Positions 24,098 to 38,342 are shown, counted from the whole stretch's first letter. The stretch is DNA of 63,803 nucleotides, filler included, from Sluysia triapertura (GCA_046118255.1; 5 parts of 5 records of this genome joined end to end with filler, not necessarily neighbours in it); one strand, 5' to 3'. The notes: generated from the sequence alone by a model not told the origin. Numbers and translations are program-made.

Positions 24098-27000
24098 TGA
24101 TAATTTCATCAAAAAAATAATTTTATAAACTAAAGTAATGAAATTTTATAACTACCATATTTACATCATTTTACTCAATTTCAATTGATTACTATTCGCA
24201 ATGATGATAAATATAAGAAACATTTTTTATTGTTTTAAATTTTTCTATAACATATTTTAACTCTTATAATTACAGTGTTTCTTTTAAAACCAACTATTTG
24301 ATTAAAATATGTACATGTATGATTGAAATACGAATTACGATAAGCATCTAAAGACAACCAAATTTCATATGAATAGTTACATAATCCAAACAATAGTAAT
24401 AAAGACTGATATAATAGTAGACTAAAACGGTCTTTGTTACAGTCGATTATTACAATAATACATCACTTATTATTGTGTCTGGTTTTACAAAACAATCTTT
24501 ATTAAGCACTGGCTTCGAATACGTAATGAATTAAAAATCTGAAGACTGCTAAACAAAATTTTATTTATCGAAATTATGAAAAATGATCAATAACTATTAT
24601 AAATAGAGTATTGCGTTAAATTTCGATCAGCATGTATCACGTGTTTCGAAAGGGATTTTAATAATCCCCATTCAGCCTTCCCATCAATTAGTTTTCGAAC
24701 TGTCCGGAATATTCACAACTTAATTCCTTTAAATTTCGGAATCGTTAGATTGTTGATCAACTTATCATTTACTTATTAAATACAATTTTTTAAAACATTT
24801 CAAAAACTGTCATTTTTACGTACTTATTATGATTTTAATTATTGGTTTAATTAAAAAATAGTGTTTATTTATCGTATTTTATTGAGTTTAGTGATTTATT
24901 TATTTTAAATATTTTATTTAAAAAATTATAAAAATATTATTAAACATTTTAATTCTATTTGTTGAAGTAAATAAATAAATTTTTGCTAAATTATTTCAAT
25001 AGTTTATTTCAAAATTTATAATTCAAAAATATTTTCTTTTGTTTAATCGTATCAGTGGAAATGAATATATAAGATGAGTATATAAATGGATATTTAAACT
25101 ACTGGAATACATAAGCAAAATTAGAAATAAAATTTGACAATAATCGTAACGCTGCTTTATGTCTTCGACCATATCTTCAAGAAAACACAGTTCCATGTCA
25201 AAGTAAGCTCATTTGTTAAGTTTTAAAATATCTTAACTTTATCGCTAGGATTTCTAAAATCAGACGTAAAATTCATTGATTTTTCCTAGACCGTAAAACG
25301 GCTAGGTTAATTTATTTTTTAAAATCAATCGTAATAGCCCACAATCACTATTATTATTATTATTATTACAATTGTTTATCATATTGTATTTGTTTTATTT
25401 TTGTATAATATTCGATTCTCTAGATAATATATATTCAGAATAGCAGTAATTGTGTTTTCCTTTTATTAAATTATTGTGTATTTTGTCAGAGCGTAATATG
25501 CTGACTTAAAATTCAATAGTTTATAATTTATTTTCATTAGAAAACGTGTGATTTGTGCATCCATCATTTTTGAGATTACATCCTCATATTTTCTTATTCG
25601 TTAAAATCCTAATTCGAACGCCTTCGTTCTGATATAAGCCGCATTAATAAGGTGATATCGCCTTCAGATATCTTTTTGTAAGTATAAGCTTAAATTTTTA
25701 GCACAAAAGCTTGCAATAAGATCTAAAATTAAATTCAATTCATCAAGTAATGTTTCCAATAATATTTGAATTAAGACAAAAGTTATGAGTTTGACTAAAA
25801 ATATTAACAGTTATATTGAGTATTAGTTACATAATCGAATATTTAGCACTTCTATCCTGAATAACTAGGACGATTATACGAATTTATACCTCCTGTCAGT
25901 TCGTATAATTGTTAGAGTGTAATAATTGTTTGAGCACGTATTGCATATTTGATATATTTTATTTGATACATTTTTAATATTTTATTTTTTGTTTAAAATA
26001 TTTATATTTATTATAATTATAAAAATATAAATAATATAAAATATAAAATAATATAAATAATATATAGAATAAAATATAAATAAAAGATATTTTAATAAAT
26101 TGAATATTTTAGAAATAGTTAGAATAGAATAAAAGATAAGTTTATAAATTACAGATATTTTAAATATTTTAGAAAATAATTTTGTTTAAATAAAATAATT
26201 TTTTTAAATTACAATAAAAACAAAATAGAGAATTCTGATATATAAAGGGAAATTTTTATTGGAAAAAAGGCACAATTATAATTCACTGGACAACAATTTT
26301 CGTTCCAGTTTTTAGAAAATCCATGCAGTACTAAGACAGTTTTTAAGATTTCTAAACTCTTATTTTAAGTAGAATAGTAAAAATCCGACTTAAATTATTT
26401 TTAAATTTCCTAGACCTTAACATGGCTAGCTTAATCTTCAATTAAAATATTCAAATAATATCAGAAAAATTTCTGAATATTATATATAAAAATTTATATT
26501 GTTATTATGATACTATTCTATTTAGTTTTATGTATTTAGTAAGATTTTTTGTGAATAAAAGTTTTTAAGTTAATTTTTCGTATAAAGTTATTAAACAATT
26601 TCAATTAGACCTTAACAAGGCTAATTCAAAATTTAAAACTTTAAATATATTTTGAATTTATATGATAGACCATAACCGACTAGCTTAATTTATTTTGTAA
26701 ATCTAAACTAGTTTAATTTGCAGTTTTTAAATTTAAATTTAATTGGTAACATTAACATAATGTGTTCCTGTAAGTGACATTAATTGTGACACCAGAACTA
26801 ACTTTTAAAACATAATTTTACGTGACATTATCAAGCATCTTAAGTAATATCCTAATAGACCACCTTCGATCAGGTATAAGGAGTTTCTATTAGGTATATA
26901 CAATTTGTAAGTGAAAGTTAAACTTTTAACATAAAAATATTGCATAATCAATTAAGATAAAACTTAAGTTTAAGAACTTAATTTAAAGGTTTAGATTATA

Positions 27001-29087
27001 ACACATACATTTTAGATTATTACTAACGAATAAGAATTCATACAAGTGCAGAAATTTAAATTATTACCAAAGACCAAGAGTTCATCACAAACTCTACAAA
27101 ATGTAAATATCATTTAGACACGAAAAATTTATAATGAATATCTACAACATAACTTTTAATTCATCACATAGTCAATATTTAATAATCCTTAAAGTTCATT
27201 TTTAAAACAGTTATTAAAGTGTTTTCATGTACTGATGTATGTAATATATGAAAATTTTTATAGATTAGCTTTACCATTTATGGATTAAATTAAATTTTAG
27301 TTAAATCTATTTGTTTTTTAATTTTAAAATTTATTTTCGCATCTCGACAAACTCACTAAAATAAACAATAACATTGATTACGTATAGTCTGATTATTTTG
27401 GCTGAAATTTAGTTTTTAAAACAAAATTGTCAATTCAAATTTCACCTGTAATAAAAACCAACAAAAATAATTACATATCACTTTTCATGAATTCAATAAA
27501 TTAATAAAACCATTATCTGAAAGTTATCGTAAAAACACTAAAAATAATTACTGATATAAGCTTTAACAACGAATCAAACTATTTAAGTAACGATTTTGTT
27601 TTAAAATTGAAAAACAGAAACTGATCTGACTAAGCAAATAAGCACTAAATTCAGTTTTAAATTGTAATAAATTTTAAGTTATTACTTGATTTCTTTAAAT
27701 TAAACTTTAATATTTGTTTATGTTCATCGACAGTCAATAATTCTTTTATACTTAAGAACCATTCGAAAATTCTACTTGAAATAATGACTATGAACATGCC
27801 TTTTACTTTCAGTCTGTCTGTCAGATTTGAAATTTCGCAAAACTTTAAACACTATTATATGACTTTTAATTCCCAATGTAATTATCGCTATCTGTGAAGT
27901 AACGAATTTAACTCGTCTTCGGTGTTACATATGAAAGTGCTTGATATTTTATTTGTGTTTAATATATTTTTAATTTAATAATAAATTGTAAATTATAAAA
28001 AATTATTACAAAATTATAAAAAATTATTACTATTATTCTTTAAAAAATTATAAATACAATTTAATTATAAAGAATTTAAATTATCAAAAGAATATTCGAG
28101 AACAAGAAATTGTTTTAATAAATTAATTTTAAAAATACGTGTCTTTATACGTACAAAAACTATATAAAGACAAACAAAGAATAGCAGACGACCATTTTTA
28201 TAATTCGAATTACAAGTGCAATCGCCATTTTACTATTTCAAACAGTCGAAATAATTTCAACAATTCCATTCATCATTTCTGGTTTTCCTTGGTGCTCAAC
28301 GAAATTATCAATTTAATCAATTATAAAGCAGAATTAGATCTCACGTATTCGATTAGAGAGATCTCAGAGCTAATTCTCTTCGATTCAATTAAATATTCAC
28401 GAAAAGCATTCATTTGATCACGAATACTCAATTACATTTTTAAATTTATCTTTTGAGTAGTAAGTTTATTCTAAATAAAATGCAAACTCGTCAAAGTTAA
28501 AATCTTTACTCAAAATACTTAATTTTCAGTTGGTATTTAAGACCAATTACAAAATCACTCTAAAATAAACTCTTTGTCTTTTAGGTGGCCCCTAAGTTCA
28601 ATTATAAAATCATTATCAATAGATCGAGTCTTCGGGTTACTTCTTTATTACAATTAATTTACTATCGTTATTATATTTTTATTATTATTGTTTTGCCTAA
28701 AATTTTCACTCGTATTATCGAATTAATAATTTTATTTTATTTTTTGTATATTAAATCTTTGTAATACTCGTTAAATTTTTCGTAAATATTAGAGAATTTT
28801 TTTGATAATTAAGGTTACTACAAGTTTTAGTTGTAACGAATTTTTCTACTAAAATATAGTAATGATCTTTAGGAGAACTAACCATTTTCTTTACCATAAC
28901 CATCACCTAAAACCATATATAAACTTAAATACAGACGCCTGCGGTGGTCGTTGTTAACATTATATTTTATAAGTCATTTACGATAGTTATCTGTCGACAT
29001 AACCGACTATTTTGTCCTCTATTGTTTACGGTAAAGCAAAGAGTATTTTTATACTGTGAATCTTTAGAATTGTTCTCACGTTATTTT

Positions 29088-29450
29088 TGTGGAGGCCAAC
29101 CATTGTATTCAAAATTTAAATCAATTCTACACATGAAAAATCTCAATTCATAACATTCCACATTTTACTTCTTCAGATTCACTAAAATTTTAGATATTTC
29201 TATATATTTTAAATTCACAATTTCATAACATTAAAATTTATACTTATATCTAAACCATTAAATGTACATTTCAAAATTAGTTTAAAACATTTCAAGTTCA
29301 CAGTTGTTCAGCATTCGGTCATTAACTTCATTGAAAAACACTAAATTCACATTTAAAAAATCACTTTAAACATTACAATCAAAATGGAATTTCTCTGACA
29401 TTTTAACCACCTTGTTAATTCTACACAAATTCTCTCAGTCACATAATATG
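29088..29450 (+). mobile_element. TGTNGTGGNCAACC-family arm
   Basis: Starts TGTGGAGGCCAACC and is homologous to 14310-14601 (-). Confidence 0.7.
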
Positions 29451-30982
29451 AATTATATTTATAGAAAAAGAAATTTGTTTTTAATTATAGAAAAAGTTAT
29501 TACATGTACAAATCATTTCTATGTATTTTAATTTTAGAATTTTAAAAGAACTTTCTATAAAGATTAAGAAGTAAAGAAAGAATTGTGTATATTATTAATT
29601 ATTATTTTTTGTGAGAATTTAAAAGTAGATACGATAGAATAAATCAGAATTTTAACGTGAGTCCACCAACGTACTTGGCTTACCAGTTAGGGTCAGCCGT
29701 TGGGTTTGTAAAAAAATTTTTGAAGTAATGCAGCTTTTGCTACAGTCTTCTTTGCTTAATGACTTAAATGTTGATTTAAACTGTCCAAGTTATGCGTAAT
29801 TTTGTTATGATTTTAGTGAGGTCTGGAGGTATACAAATAAAATATTAAAAACAATTAGATCGGTAATTTAGTAAGTATTTTACGACGATCCCATGAAAAA
29901 GGATCTTATGACAAATAATTTACGAAATTAGAAATAAATTCTAATAAGGAAAAACTTCACTTGAAGATAGATTTTATATTTGAAACAATATAATTTAATT
30001 ATAAAATTGATAAAAAATTTTCTAATAAAATCTATTAATAAAATTGATTAATAAAATTTAGAGTCAAAAATTATAAAAATAAAAATTTTTTCGAAATTAA
30101 CTGTTATTAAGTTAATTTTGTCGATCACAGAATTTAGACAATACGTTACGAAGCACCGATAAATGGTTCTCAAATTTCTTTACAAAAGATTGATTTAAGT
30201 CTATTTTACGCGTGATATCTTTCAGATATCAAATCTTAACTATTATTTTTGAAATGAACAAATTGTAATAAGCCGGCCAAGGATAGGTATTTGAGAATGT
30301 CCAAAATAGCATATCGTAAAAATTATGTTACAAATTGTCTTTTAAAAAATTCTGCGTCTAGATTATGTTTCAAAAATTGAATTATCAATTCTTCTTTGTG
30401 TGACTTTTGTAATTTGTGCACTGTTTATATATTAATTTTGTGCTAACCTTGGCCAGATTACTAAAATTAAATTACTAAAACAAACTTAAAATTTATATTT
30501 AGTACTAAAATTTATATCTAATTAATAAATTTAATAAATTTATGTCTAATTAATCAATTAAAAATTACTTATATAAAGTTTCATAAATTCAACAAATAAA
30601 TCAATAATAATTAAGTATTATAATTGTTAATGTATGAAACACATGTGTAAAGACCAAAAATCAATTTATGCACAAATAAAAAATCAATCAAATTATTACG
30701 ACAATTTCATTTTATAATCTTAAGTTCATCTGATAGTTTTATTGTCCGCCTACAGCGAGATAAATTACAATAATGGATTTTACGTCTGATTCTATTTAAA
30801 CAGAACATGTAAACGTGTAGATTTTATTATTCGGTTTTATGCTCAGATAATATGCAAGCGATTGTGATTTTAAAGTAATTTCAAACTATGCAATTTATCT
30901 GAATTTTACTTCTGATCCATCTTAAAAGGATCAAGAAAAAATTTAAATTTAACAATCAAACTTTATACAAATCTTCGAATAT

Positions 30983-31115
30983 TGAAATTGATTTCAAAAG
31001 TTTAAATATAATAAATACATGTTTGAATTTATGTTGAGTTAACAAAATTATCAAAAATTCTCAACATAAATTCAAACATGTATTTATTATAATTAAACTT
31101 TTGAAATCAATTTCA
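30983..31115. repeat. Near-perfect 56-bp inverted repeat with a 21-nt loop
   Basis: Arms are 30983-31038 and 31060-31115, with one mismatch. Confidence 0.95.
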
Positions 31116-32066
31116 TTACATATATTAGTACCCGAAGCAGTAATCACAATAATCAATTAAATTTTCGCAGTTAGTAAAAAAGCATTAAACGGTTTTTTAA
31201 AAGGTTAATTAAAAATATATTTTAAATGAAAAGTTATACACTACTTAAATTGTGTTACAAAACTTAATAATTAATGAAAATAACGATTACAACAATTTAT
31301 CCCAAGCCAAAGGTTAAGAATGTTATCTGACAAAATTAATAGCAACAATAATGACGAAGCTGAATGCAAACTTTTAAATTAAAATAACTTTGTAACTAAA
31401 AACTGTGAAAATAACCTTTGTGTAATTAGTAGTTTTATAACTACTGTCAAATAAAAAATTAATAGTCTAAAGATCAATATCCTAAAATTTAATTTCGTAT
31501 ACATTCAGTATTTAATTTAAAATTTATATTTGACTTTAATAATTTATAATAATTTTGGAAGTAAAAAATTATATAAAGTAAGTCATTTTTAAATATTTTT
31601 TCATTTAAATTAATACGAAATATTTTTAATACGTTTCTTTAAGGGAATATTTTAGTTAAAATTATTTATTTTTTTAAAAATAATAAAATCGCTTGACTTT
31701 CAAGGTCATCTTTTCTAATATAAAAATACTAAAATAAAACTTCACACTTCACGACAATTGACATAATATTTCTGTAAATATTAGCTGCCTCACAAAGTTT
31801 TTAATCGTATCAAACCAAGGAGTAGGCATACGTTTTAGGCCAACTGATTTAAAATTTAATATCTAACTTAAATTCCTCTAAAAGAACGCTACTATTTAGA
31901 AGTAGCTCATCAAAATATTTTATTAAAATAGATAAAGATAGGATTAATTGTAAATTAATGCATTTTAAAATTTTTATCATTTTATATCTTTTGTAATATT
32001 TATTGTTATTTAATATAAATTTTTGTAATTCCAATTAAATTATTTTTAGCCCAGACTAATTTTTAA

Positions 32067-32207
32067 AAGGTTCAATTCAGAACCTTATTAAAATACAAAT
32101 TAATTTTAAAGGTTCGATTAAAATCACTTAAAATTAAAATTCAAGGTTCATTATAGAACCTCATTAAAATCAATGATTTAATCTTAAAAGATTCAGTTTA
32201 GGAACCT
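32067..32207. repeat. Array of four AAGGTTC-N6-GAACCT hairpin units
   Basis: Units start at 32067, 32109, 32143 and 32188. Two are intact and two degenerate. Confidence 0.7.
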
Positions 32208-32279
32208 AATTAAATTACTGCTTAATTAAAATTCCTTTTTTAAAATTTTCGTTTCTTCAAGGAAAAGATTACACTAAAA

Positions 32280-32890
32280 TTTTATAATCGCCCTAGACGT
32301 GACGTTTTTTTTACCTCACAAATCCAACGGCTAGCCCTAAATGGTAAGAATAGTACGTTGGTGAACTCACTTTTCATTCGTAAGACTAGGATAAGTAAAA
32401 CACTAGCGGAATAAGCTTTTATTCGTGAGATCCGCAGATAAGTTTTAAAAATATCACCCTACTATTAATATTATTTGAACTTGACCCCTTAGTTAACTTC
32501 TGAAAATCAAAATCGTTAAAGTTATTAAAATATCTAGTACTGAAAAGTACTAGTTACTTTAAAATTAAAATTTTTAAACAATTAAACTGTTGTGGTTTTT
32601 CTAACACTTAGCCTACAGAAAAATATTTTTGAACAGGGCGTAGTTACAGCAACGTATAATGGACGTTCCTATAACTTTATAAGTTAATAATTTATCAATA
32701 TATATTTTATCCTTAATCTTACAATTCTGATTCAACAAAGGTTATCGTAACAATGTCAAGACTTCAAACAAATTCTAATAAAAATTACATAATTATTTAT
32801 TTATAAAAAAGTAGAGACACTTAATAATTAAAGCTGTAATAGCCTTTAATTGTGTTAATAAATTATATTACCTGGATTTTACCCTCAGTA
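32280..32890 (-). mobile_element. LTR end plus adjacent repeat segment
   Basis: 32588-32660 matches 23020-23086. 32318-32371 is an inverted homolog of 29657-29710 (gtgagt.caccaacgtact...cttacca.ttaggg..agccgttgg.tttgt). Confidence 0.55.
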
Positions 32891-34579
32891 TATCGGAGAA
32901 AATACATTACTATAGCATAAAATTAAAAAAATTACACAAGATATAAAAAATAAAATAAAAATAAACAAACAAAACAAAAATTAAAATAAATTTTAAATTT
33001 ATACCATGCATTATGACATACTTTTCACTGATTTTACAGTATGACCAATGATGTTTTCAATTCTATTGTACAGAAAATTTTCAATATCAAGTTTTCTCTA
33101 CAAAGCCAATTTTACTTTCTAATTAAATATATTCATACAATCATAAACTACATATTTTTTTGCAATTACATGGCCATTTTTTTCTATATAATAGTCAATT
33201 TTATTATATATTAGTACTCTGTTCATATAATTGATCCGCTTTATTAATTTTCATTAATTTGTATTTTATGACTTTTTTATTTTTATTTACCAACAATTTT
33301 GTATTCCCACGATGGTTCTGTTGAAGACATAGCTTCTTCTTGGATAATTAAGTTTAGTAAGTTCCTTTCTTGTATTTCATTCAAATTTCCAGGCTTTTTA
33401 TTCTATATCACGAAAATCATTTTATATTATATTACATCGTTTTTAATTTGTTTTATTTTAACTTATGCACTTTTGGCAAAATATTTATTTGAATAAGGAA
33501 ATCCATGATTTTTCAAAACTTCAAAGATGTTACTTTTAAAACATTTTAATTATTAATTTGAAATATTACTGCCATTTTGTTTTTATTACTTTCTAAACCA
33601 TATGTATACGCATTTAATTTAGCAACATTTATATATTAACTATAAAACACAAAATGTTTAATATAATTAATAAAAATTAAAATCGTCTTGCTTAGATGAA
33701 TAACTCATTTTACATTGTTATTAGTTTCAAAAATTGGCACTAAAACATGACTTTTCACATAAATCGATAATAACGAGTAAAATGTGGCACTTTTGACAAA
33801 ATGAATAAAGTCAAAATTATATTTCCACAATTACGTAAAATTTACATTGAGGTTATTTATTTAAAAAATGATGTATTAAAAAATCTTTTTACTTTTAAAT
33901 ATTTTAAAAAATAATATAAAACCCATTAAATTTACCTTTAAGTATTATTTCACAAAATGAAACACAATAATTATCAGTTTCTAATGCCAGAGGAAATTTA
34001 AAATTGACGAAAGATTTACCAATTTGATAGCTCAGCCAAACGTCGTTAAAATAATATTAAACTTTATTAGATATAAATGTATAATGTGATCCACTAGACC
34101 ATAACATCCTACGAAATTCATCCTTTACAAAAAACACACCAAAAACTTACACTTAATTCCACAATTACACACAATTACATATTTAAAACCAGCTTATTTT
34201 ACAATCTCTTAAGAAGCGGCTATTGAATCCTTCATCAAAAAATAATTTGATTCGTAAGCCAGGAAACCGTAGTTCTGCTAGTGTTTTTCTTAACTAATGG
34301 AAATTAAAATATCTGATAGGTTCGCCTACGATCAACGTTTTACACTAAAGCGACGCTCTCATAGGATTTGATAAGTATTTTAATGAGGACCTAAAAATTT
34401 TCAATCGATCTTATGTTGTTGGTGAAATAAACGTGTCGATGTAATTTTGTTATAACTTTTACATTAATATATTAATGGTTTAAATGATTGATCTCAATGT
34501 CTTTATACTTATTTAAACAAATTCTAATTAATGATCCTTCGAAAATAAAATTTATTTTATCACTTATTATGATCGTACT

Positions 34580-35000
34580 TGTGGTGGCCAACCTTATTAT
34601 TCAAAATTTTAAAACATCATAACATACTAAAGTTCATAATTCTACAACATTAAAAACATCAATAACATCATAAATCATTAAAATTGTATTTTAAATTTAA
34701 ACATAATAGTAATTTAAATTGAATTTCTTTTAACACTTCTAACGTCACTAAATCTCTCTAACAATTTCTCTTTTCTTTAATTTTTTTATTATCCTTCCAT
34801 TATCTCATTTTATGCAATTTTATTTTATTACGTTTAAGTTTCCTTCAATAATCGTTTCGTACAATTTTATAATTAAGAAATAATTAAAGAATTTTAAGAA
34901 AAAGAATTAATGTTTTAAAAAGGAATATTAAAAAAGAAATAAGAATTTATGTAAAGGCTTTTATTTATTTCATTTTATTGTTATTTATTTTAATTTAATC
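34580..35000 (+). mobile_element. TGTNGTGGNCAACC-family arm running into an N gap
   Basis: Starts TGTGGTGGCCAACCTTATTATTCAAAATTTT. Confidence 0.65.
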
Positions 35001-35233
35001 NNNNNNNNNNNNNNNNNNNNNNNNNNNNNNNNNNNNNNNNNNNNNNNNNNNNNNNNNNNNNNNNNNNNNNNNNNNNNNNNNNNNNNNNNNNNNNNNNNNN
35101 NNNNNNNNNNNNNNNNNNNNNNNNNNNNNNNNNNNNNNNNNNNNNNNNNNNNNNNNNNNNNNNNNNNNNNNNNNNNNNNNNNNNNNNNNNNNNNNNNNNN
35201 NNNNNNNNNNNNNNNNNNNNNNNNTTACTTCGT

Positions 35234-35301
35234 CTGTCAATATTGACGGTTTTAATTATATAAAATTTCAACTTACGTTATTAGCTGTCAACTAGTGACA
35301 G
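35234..35301. promoter_or_regulatory. CTGTCA...TGACAG palindromes (module E)
   Basis: ctgtcaatattgacgg (35234) and ctgtcaactagtgacag (35285). Confidence 0.35.
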
Positions 35302-35511
35302 TTTGCGTTATTGTAAATTGAGTGTGTAGTTTATTTCATTACTAGCAACAAAGTTAGTTGCTTTTAAGTTACACTCCTCTCTTATTGGTGTTGGGATTAG
35401 TGAAAGACAAAGGTAGATATAAAGGCTCAGGATCCAGGATAACAGATAAGGTAAACGACATTGAGGAATTGAGATAGGGGATTATGATGAATTGTAATGA
35501 TATACTCGATA

Positions 35512-35611
35512 NNNNNNNNNNNNNNNNNNNNNNNNNNNNNNNNNNNNNNNNNNNNTTAATTAATTAANNNNNNNNNNNNNNNNNNNNNNNNNNNNNNNNN
35601 NNNNNNNNNNN
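35512..35611. other. Artificial contig-joining spacer
   Basis: N44-TTAATTAATTAA-N44. Confidence 0.97.
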
Positions 35612-35896
35612 CAAACCACAACAATCAGTTCACAAAAAACACAACATCTAAATCAATCACATTTCATACTATCCAATACATTAACCGATCCATCAAAAAC
35701 AACATTCGATACTCATAATATTTCTGTGGTGAAGGCAACAACGATAACCTAAACACCGTATAACACGTACCGTTGTTCCTTCACAGTATGCCAAACGTTT
35801 TATCCTTTCAATTATATGTAAGAAATCAATATATAGAAAGAAAAGATAATGTGTTCAAAGGTCTCAAGAAATTTATGTAATTTGTTTTTATTTAAC

Positions 35897-35927
<31 letters not shown>

Positions 35928-36010
35928 TTATTATTGTTATTATTATAAAACATTAAATTAATTTTTCAAAATATAATTACTTTAAAACTCATTTAAATGA
36001 TGATCAACCA

Positions 36011-36140
36011 GGTTGCTGCCATCACAAGTGTTGACACTGTACGTCACATTTTATATTGCAGTGACATGTCCATAGTTTGTACACACTACCCAATCAGAGT
36101 GCATACTAATAAATATCCTTTTCGAGACTCTGATTGGGTA
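36011..36140 (+). promoter_or_regulatory. Conserved upstream module B
   Basis: ggttgctgccatcac...tgaca...gtcacattt as in module A, plus a perfect 14-bp inverted repeat tacccaatcagagt (36087) / actctgattgggta (36140). Confidence 0.6.
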
Positions 36141-36348
36141 AGCTGAACAATATTATTACAGCTAATAAAAATTACAAAGTACACATTATTATTCAAGCAT
36201 TATTATCAATCGTTAATATGCAAAGTACATAAATTATCTGTCAATATATTACACATATACGAATTATTTTCTGTCCTTTTTTTACTATAATTACTAGCCG
36301 AAGAATTTTAAAAATTCAACTTTTAGCGAGATTTACTGTCAATTAAGT

Positions 36349-37904
36349 TTGTTTATTTTACTAGAAAATTTACATAGGATATATTCGTCTAAATTAAAAA
36401 GAAAAATGATAGAATCAAGTCTTATTAGAGCTAATTTATTGATAATGCAGTTTATGATACATTTCAATGAATTTAATAGATTTTATTTTAACCTGAAACG
36501 AGAAATTAAGCAAAATTCAAATGATTATGATGATTTAATCTTTCGTAATGAAAATGAAACTAACATCTTAAAATTTGGTATTCCTAGTTTATTTGAATAT
36601 GATCAATACAAATATTGTCGTACCATAAAGAATAAAGACAATTCATTTCTTGAAACAATCATAATAACTGTTCATCATCTATTTTACCTTATAAATTATT
36701 ATGCATCTTTCCGAATAAAAAATGATGATAATATTAGATCCTATAAACCAAGTTTAAAAACTTTGATCAACTTCGTTAATATTATGAATTCGACACAATC
36801 AGTTCACTGTCATGACACGTGTATAATATTATATTCAAAAAATTTTATGTCGTTGATCAAACCAAGACATGTTTCAATCATCGAACTACTTCAACCAAAA
36901 GTCGATCAAATAATTCAAATCCTAGATCAGCAACTGACTATTGCGAACGTACCGAAAGACAAATTGTATAATAAATATTCGATTCCAAAATAACTTATAC
37001 AACACACTATTAGACCTATCGAAAGCCAACACTGCAGTACAAAAGGATTAGTTCAGATTATTCCTATGTATAATTATATTTGTCCTTTATAAAAAGGCGA
37101 AATTCAATGATCTGAACAATTTCAAAAGAGTATTTCGTACTAGTTAATGAGTCAATCACAATGTTACAATGCCAACACTTGGAGACGTTGCAAACACTGA
37201 TGTCAGTGATGGATAAATTGTTGAATAAAGAAATTTTAGATTTAATAATTAACAGTGCTCTCTGCGTCAAAATATTTCATGTGAGTTGTTATTCTACATA
37301 CTCTTCGATTTTTATTTTTTTAGTTAATCAAATTAAAAAATGGGTCTATGAAGCACAACTAGGCGTGGTGTTAACTGGAGAATTAACAAAAGAAGACTGT
37401 ATTATAAATTTAAAAATAGAATTTTCATATAATAAATATGTTTTATTTAAAACTTTTATACTTAGTTTTAAAATTAGTGTACTAAAATTAGGTTCGTTAT
37501 CGGTAAAAGAAATTACGTCTTACAGTTATGTTGATAATATGACAAAAATTGATTTGAATTGTATGATAAAGTTATTTAATGACACGATATCAATTTCTAC
37601 TGATATATACACACACATACTGCTAATCAAGACGTATAACTTAATAACATCTCACTTCGTTATCTGTGAGATCATAATACGAAATTTCACTGTTAATATA
37701 ATTGAGTTGCGTCGTAGATCTGAAACCAAAAATTGGTACCTTATCACAAACTCATTATCAAAATTAGTTCAACATAGTCTTTACGAAAAAAATTCTTTAA
37801 CGACATTTCTTATTAAAGATTCAATGTTCCACATACTAACATTGCAAACTTTTACAATTGATAACTTAATAAAACTGCTTAAAATAGCAAATTTTCCAAA
37901 CTAA
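36349..37904 (+). pseudogene. Orphan gene B (ORFs of 214 and 247 aa), probable paralog of gene A, probable 43-nt intron near 37281-37323
   Basis: Long ORFs, the shared upstream module, and GTGAGT...TTTTTAG followed by sequence homologous to gene A. An LTR-like segment follows at about 37930. Confidence 0.5.
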
Positions 37905-37929
37905 CAATTACAGTATCTCAAAAATTTGA

Positions 37930-38246
37930 TGTTGGAAAAATCTTGGTTATTGTGGACTTCCATCACAACAATTTAGTTTGGAGAAAATTTCAATTATTGT
38001 AGACTCTCAAGAATAAGTAATATTTGTTTTGTAAGTTCTAGTCTTTATTGAGACTCAAAGTCTGCATAAACTTTATTACTGAACGTTCAGTTTAAGGCTA
38101 AATTCACACTCTAATTAAAATTTTGATATATTAAGATCATTTTTAATATGTCATTAGTTTTATTATAATTTGTTTTATATGCATTGTATTTTGTGTTTGT
38201 AGTGAATTCAGATCAACTCACAACAATTTGTTGTCAGGAGTGAGAT
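37930..38246 (+). mobile_element. LTR (TGTTG...CAACA) followed by a tRNA-Leu-type primer-binding site
   Basis: ctcacaaca ends at 38225. tgttgtcaggagtgagat (38229-38246) differs at 2 positions from TGGTGTCAGGAGTGGGAT, the complement of a eukaryotic tRNA-Leu 3' end as I recall it. Confidence 0.55.
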
Positions 38247-38301
38247 GTGAACAATTCAATTCAATTAAACTATTTTAATATCTGTATTAAAATAATACAA
38301 C

Positions 38302-38342
<41 letters not shown>

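Noticed and set aside
32067-32207. CRISPR-like array (also the 69-bp repeats at 1-207)
   Set aside because: Eukaryotic context, no cas genes, degenerate repeats and irregular or absent spacers.
34990-35271. ORFs spanning N runs (also 21415-21597)
   Set aside because: Artefacts of assembly gaps.
38198-38210. TGTAGTGAA as the 5' LTR partner of 41234
   Set aside because: Similarity ends after about 9 nt, and the site lies just before an LTR end and PBS.
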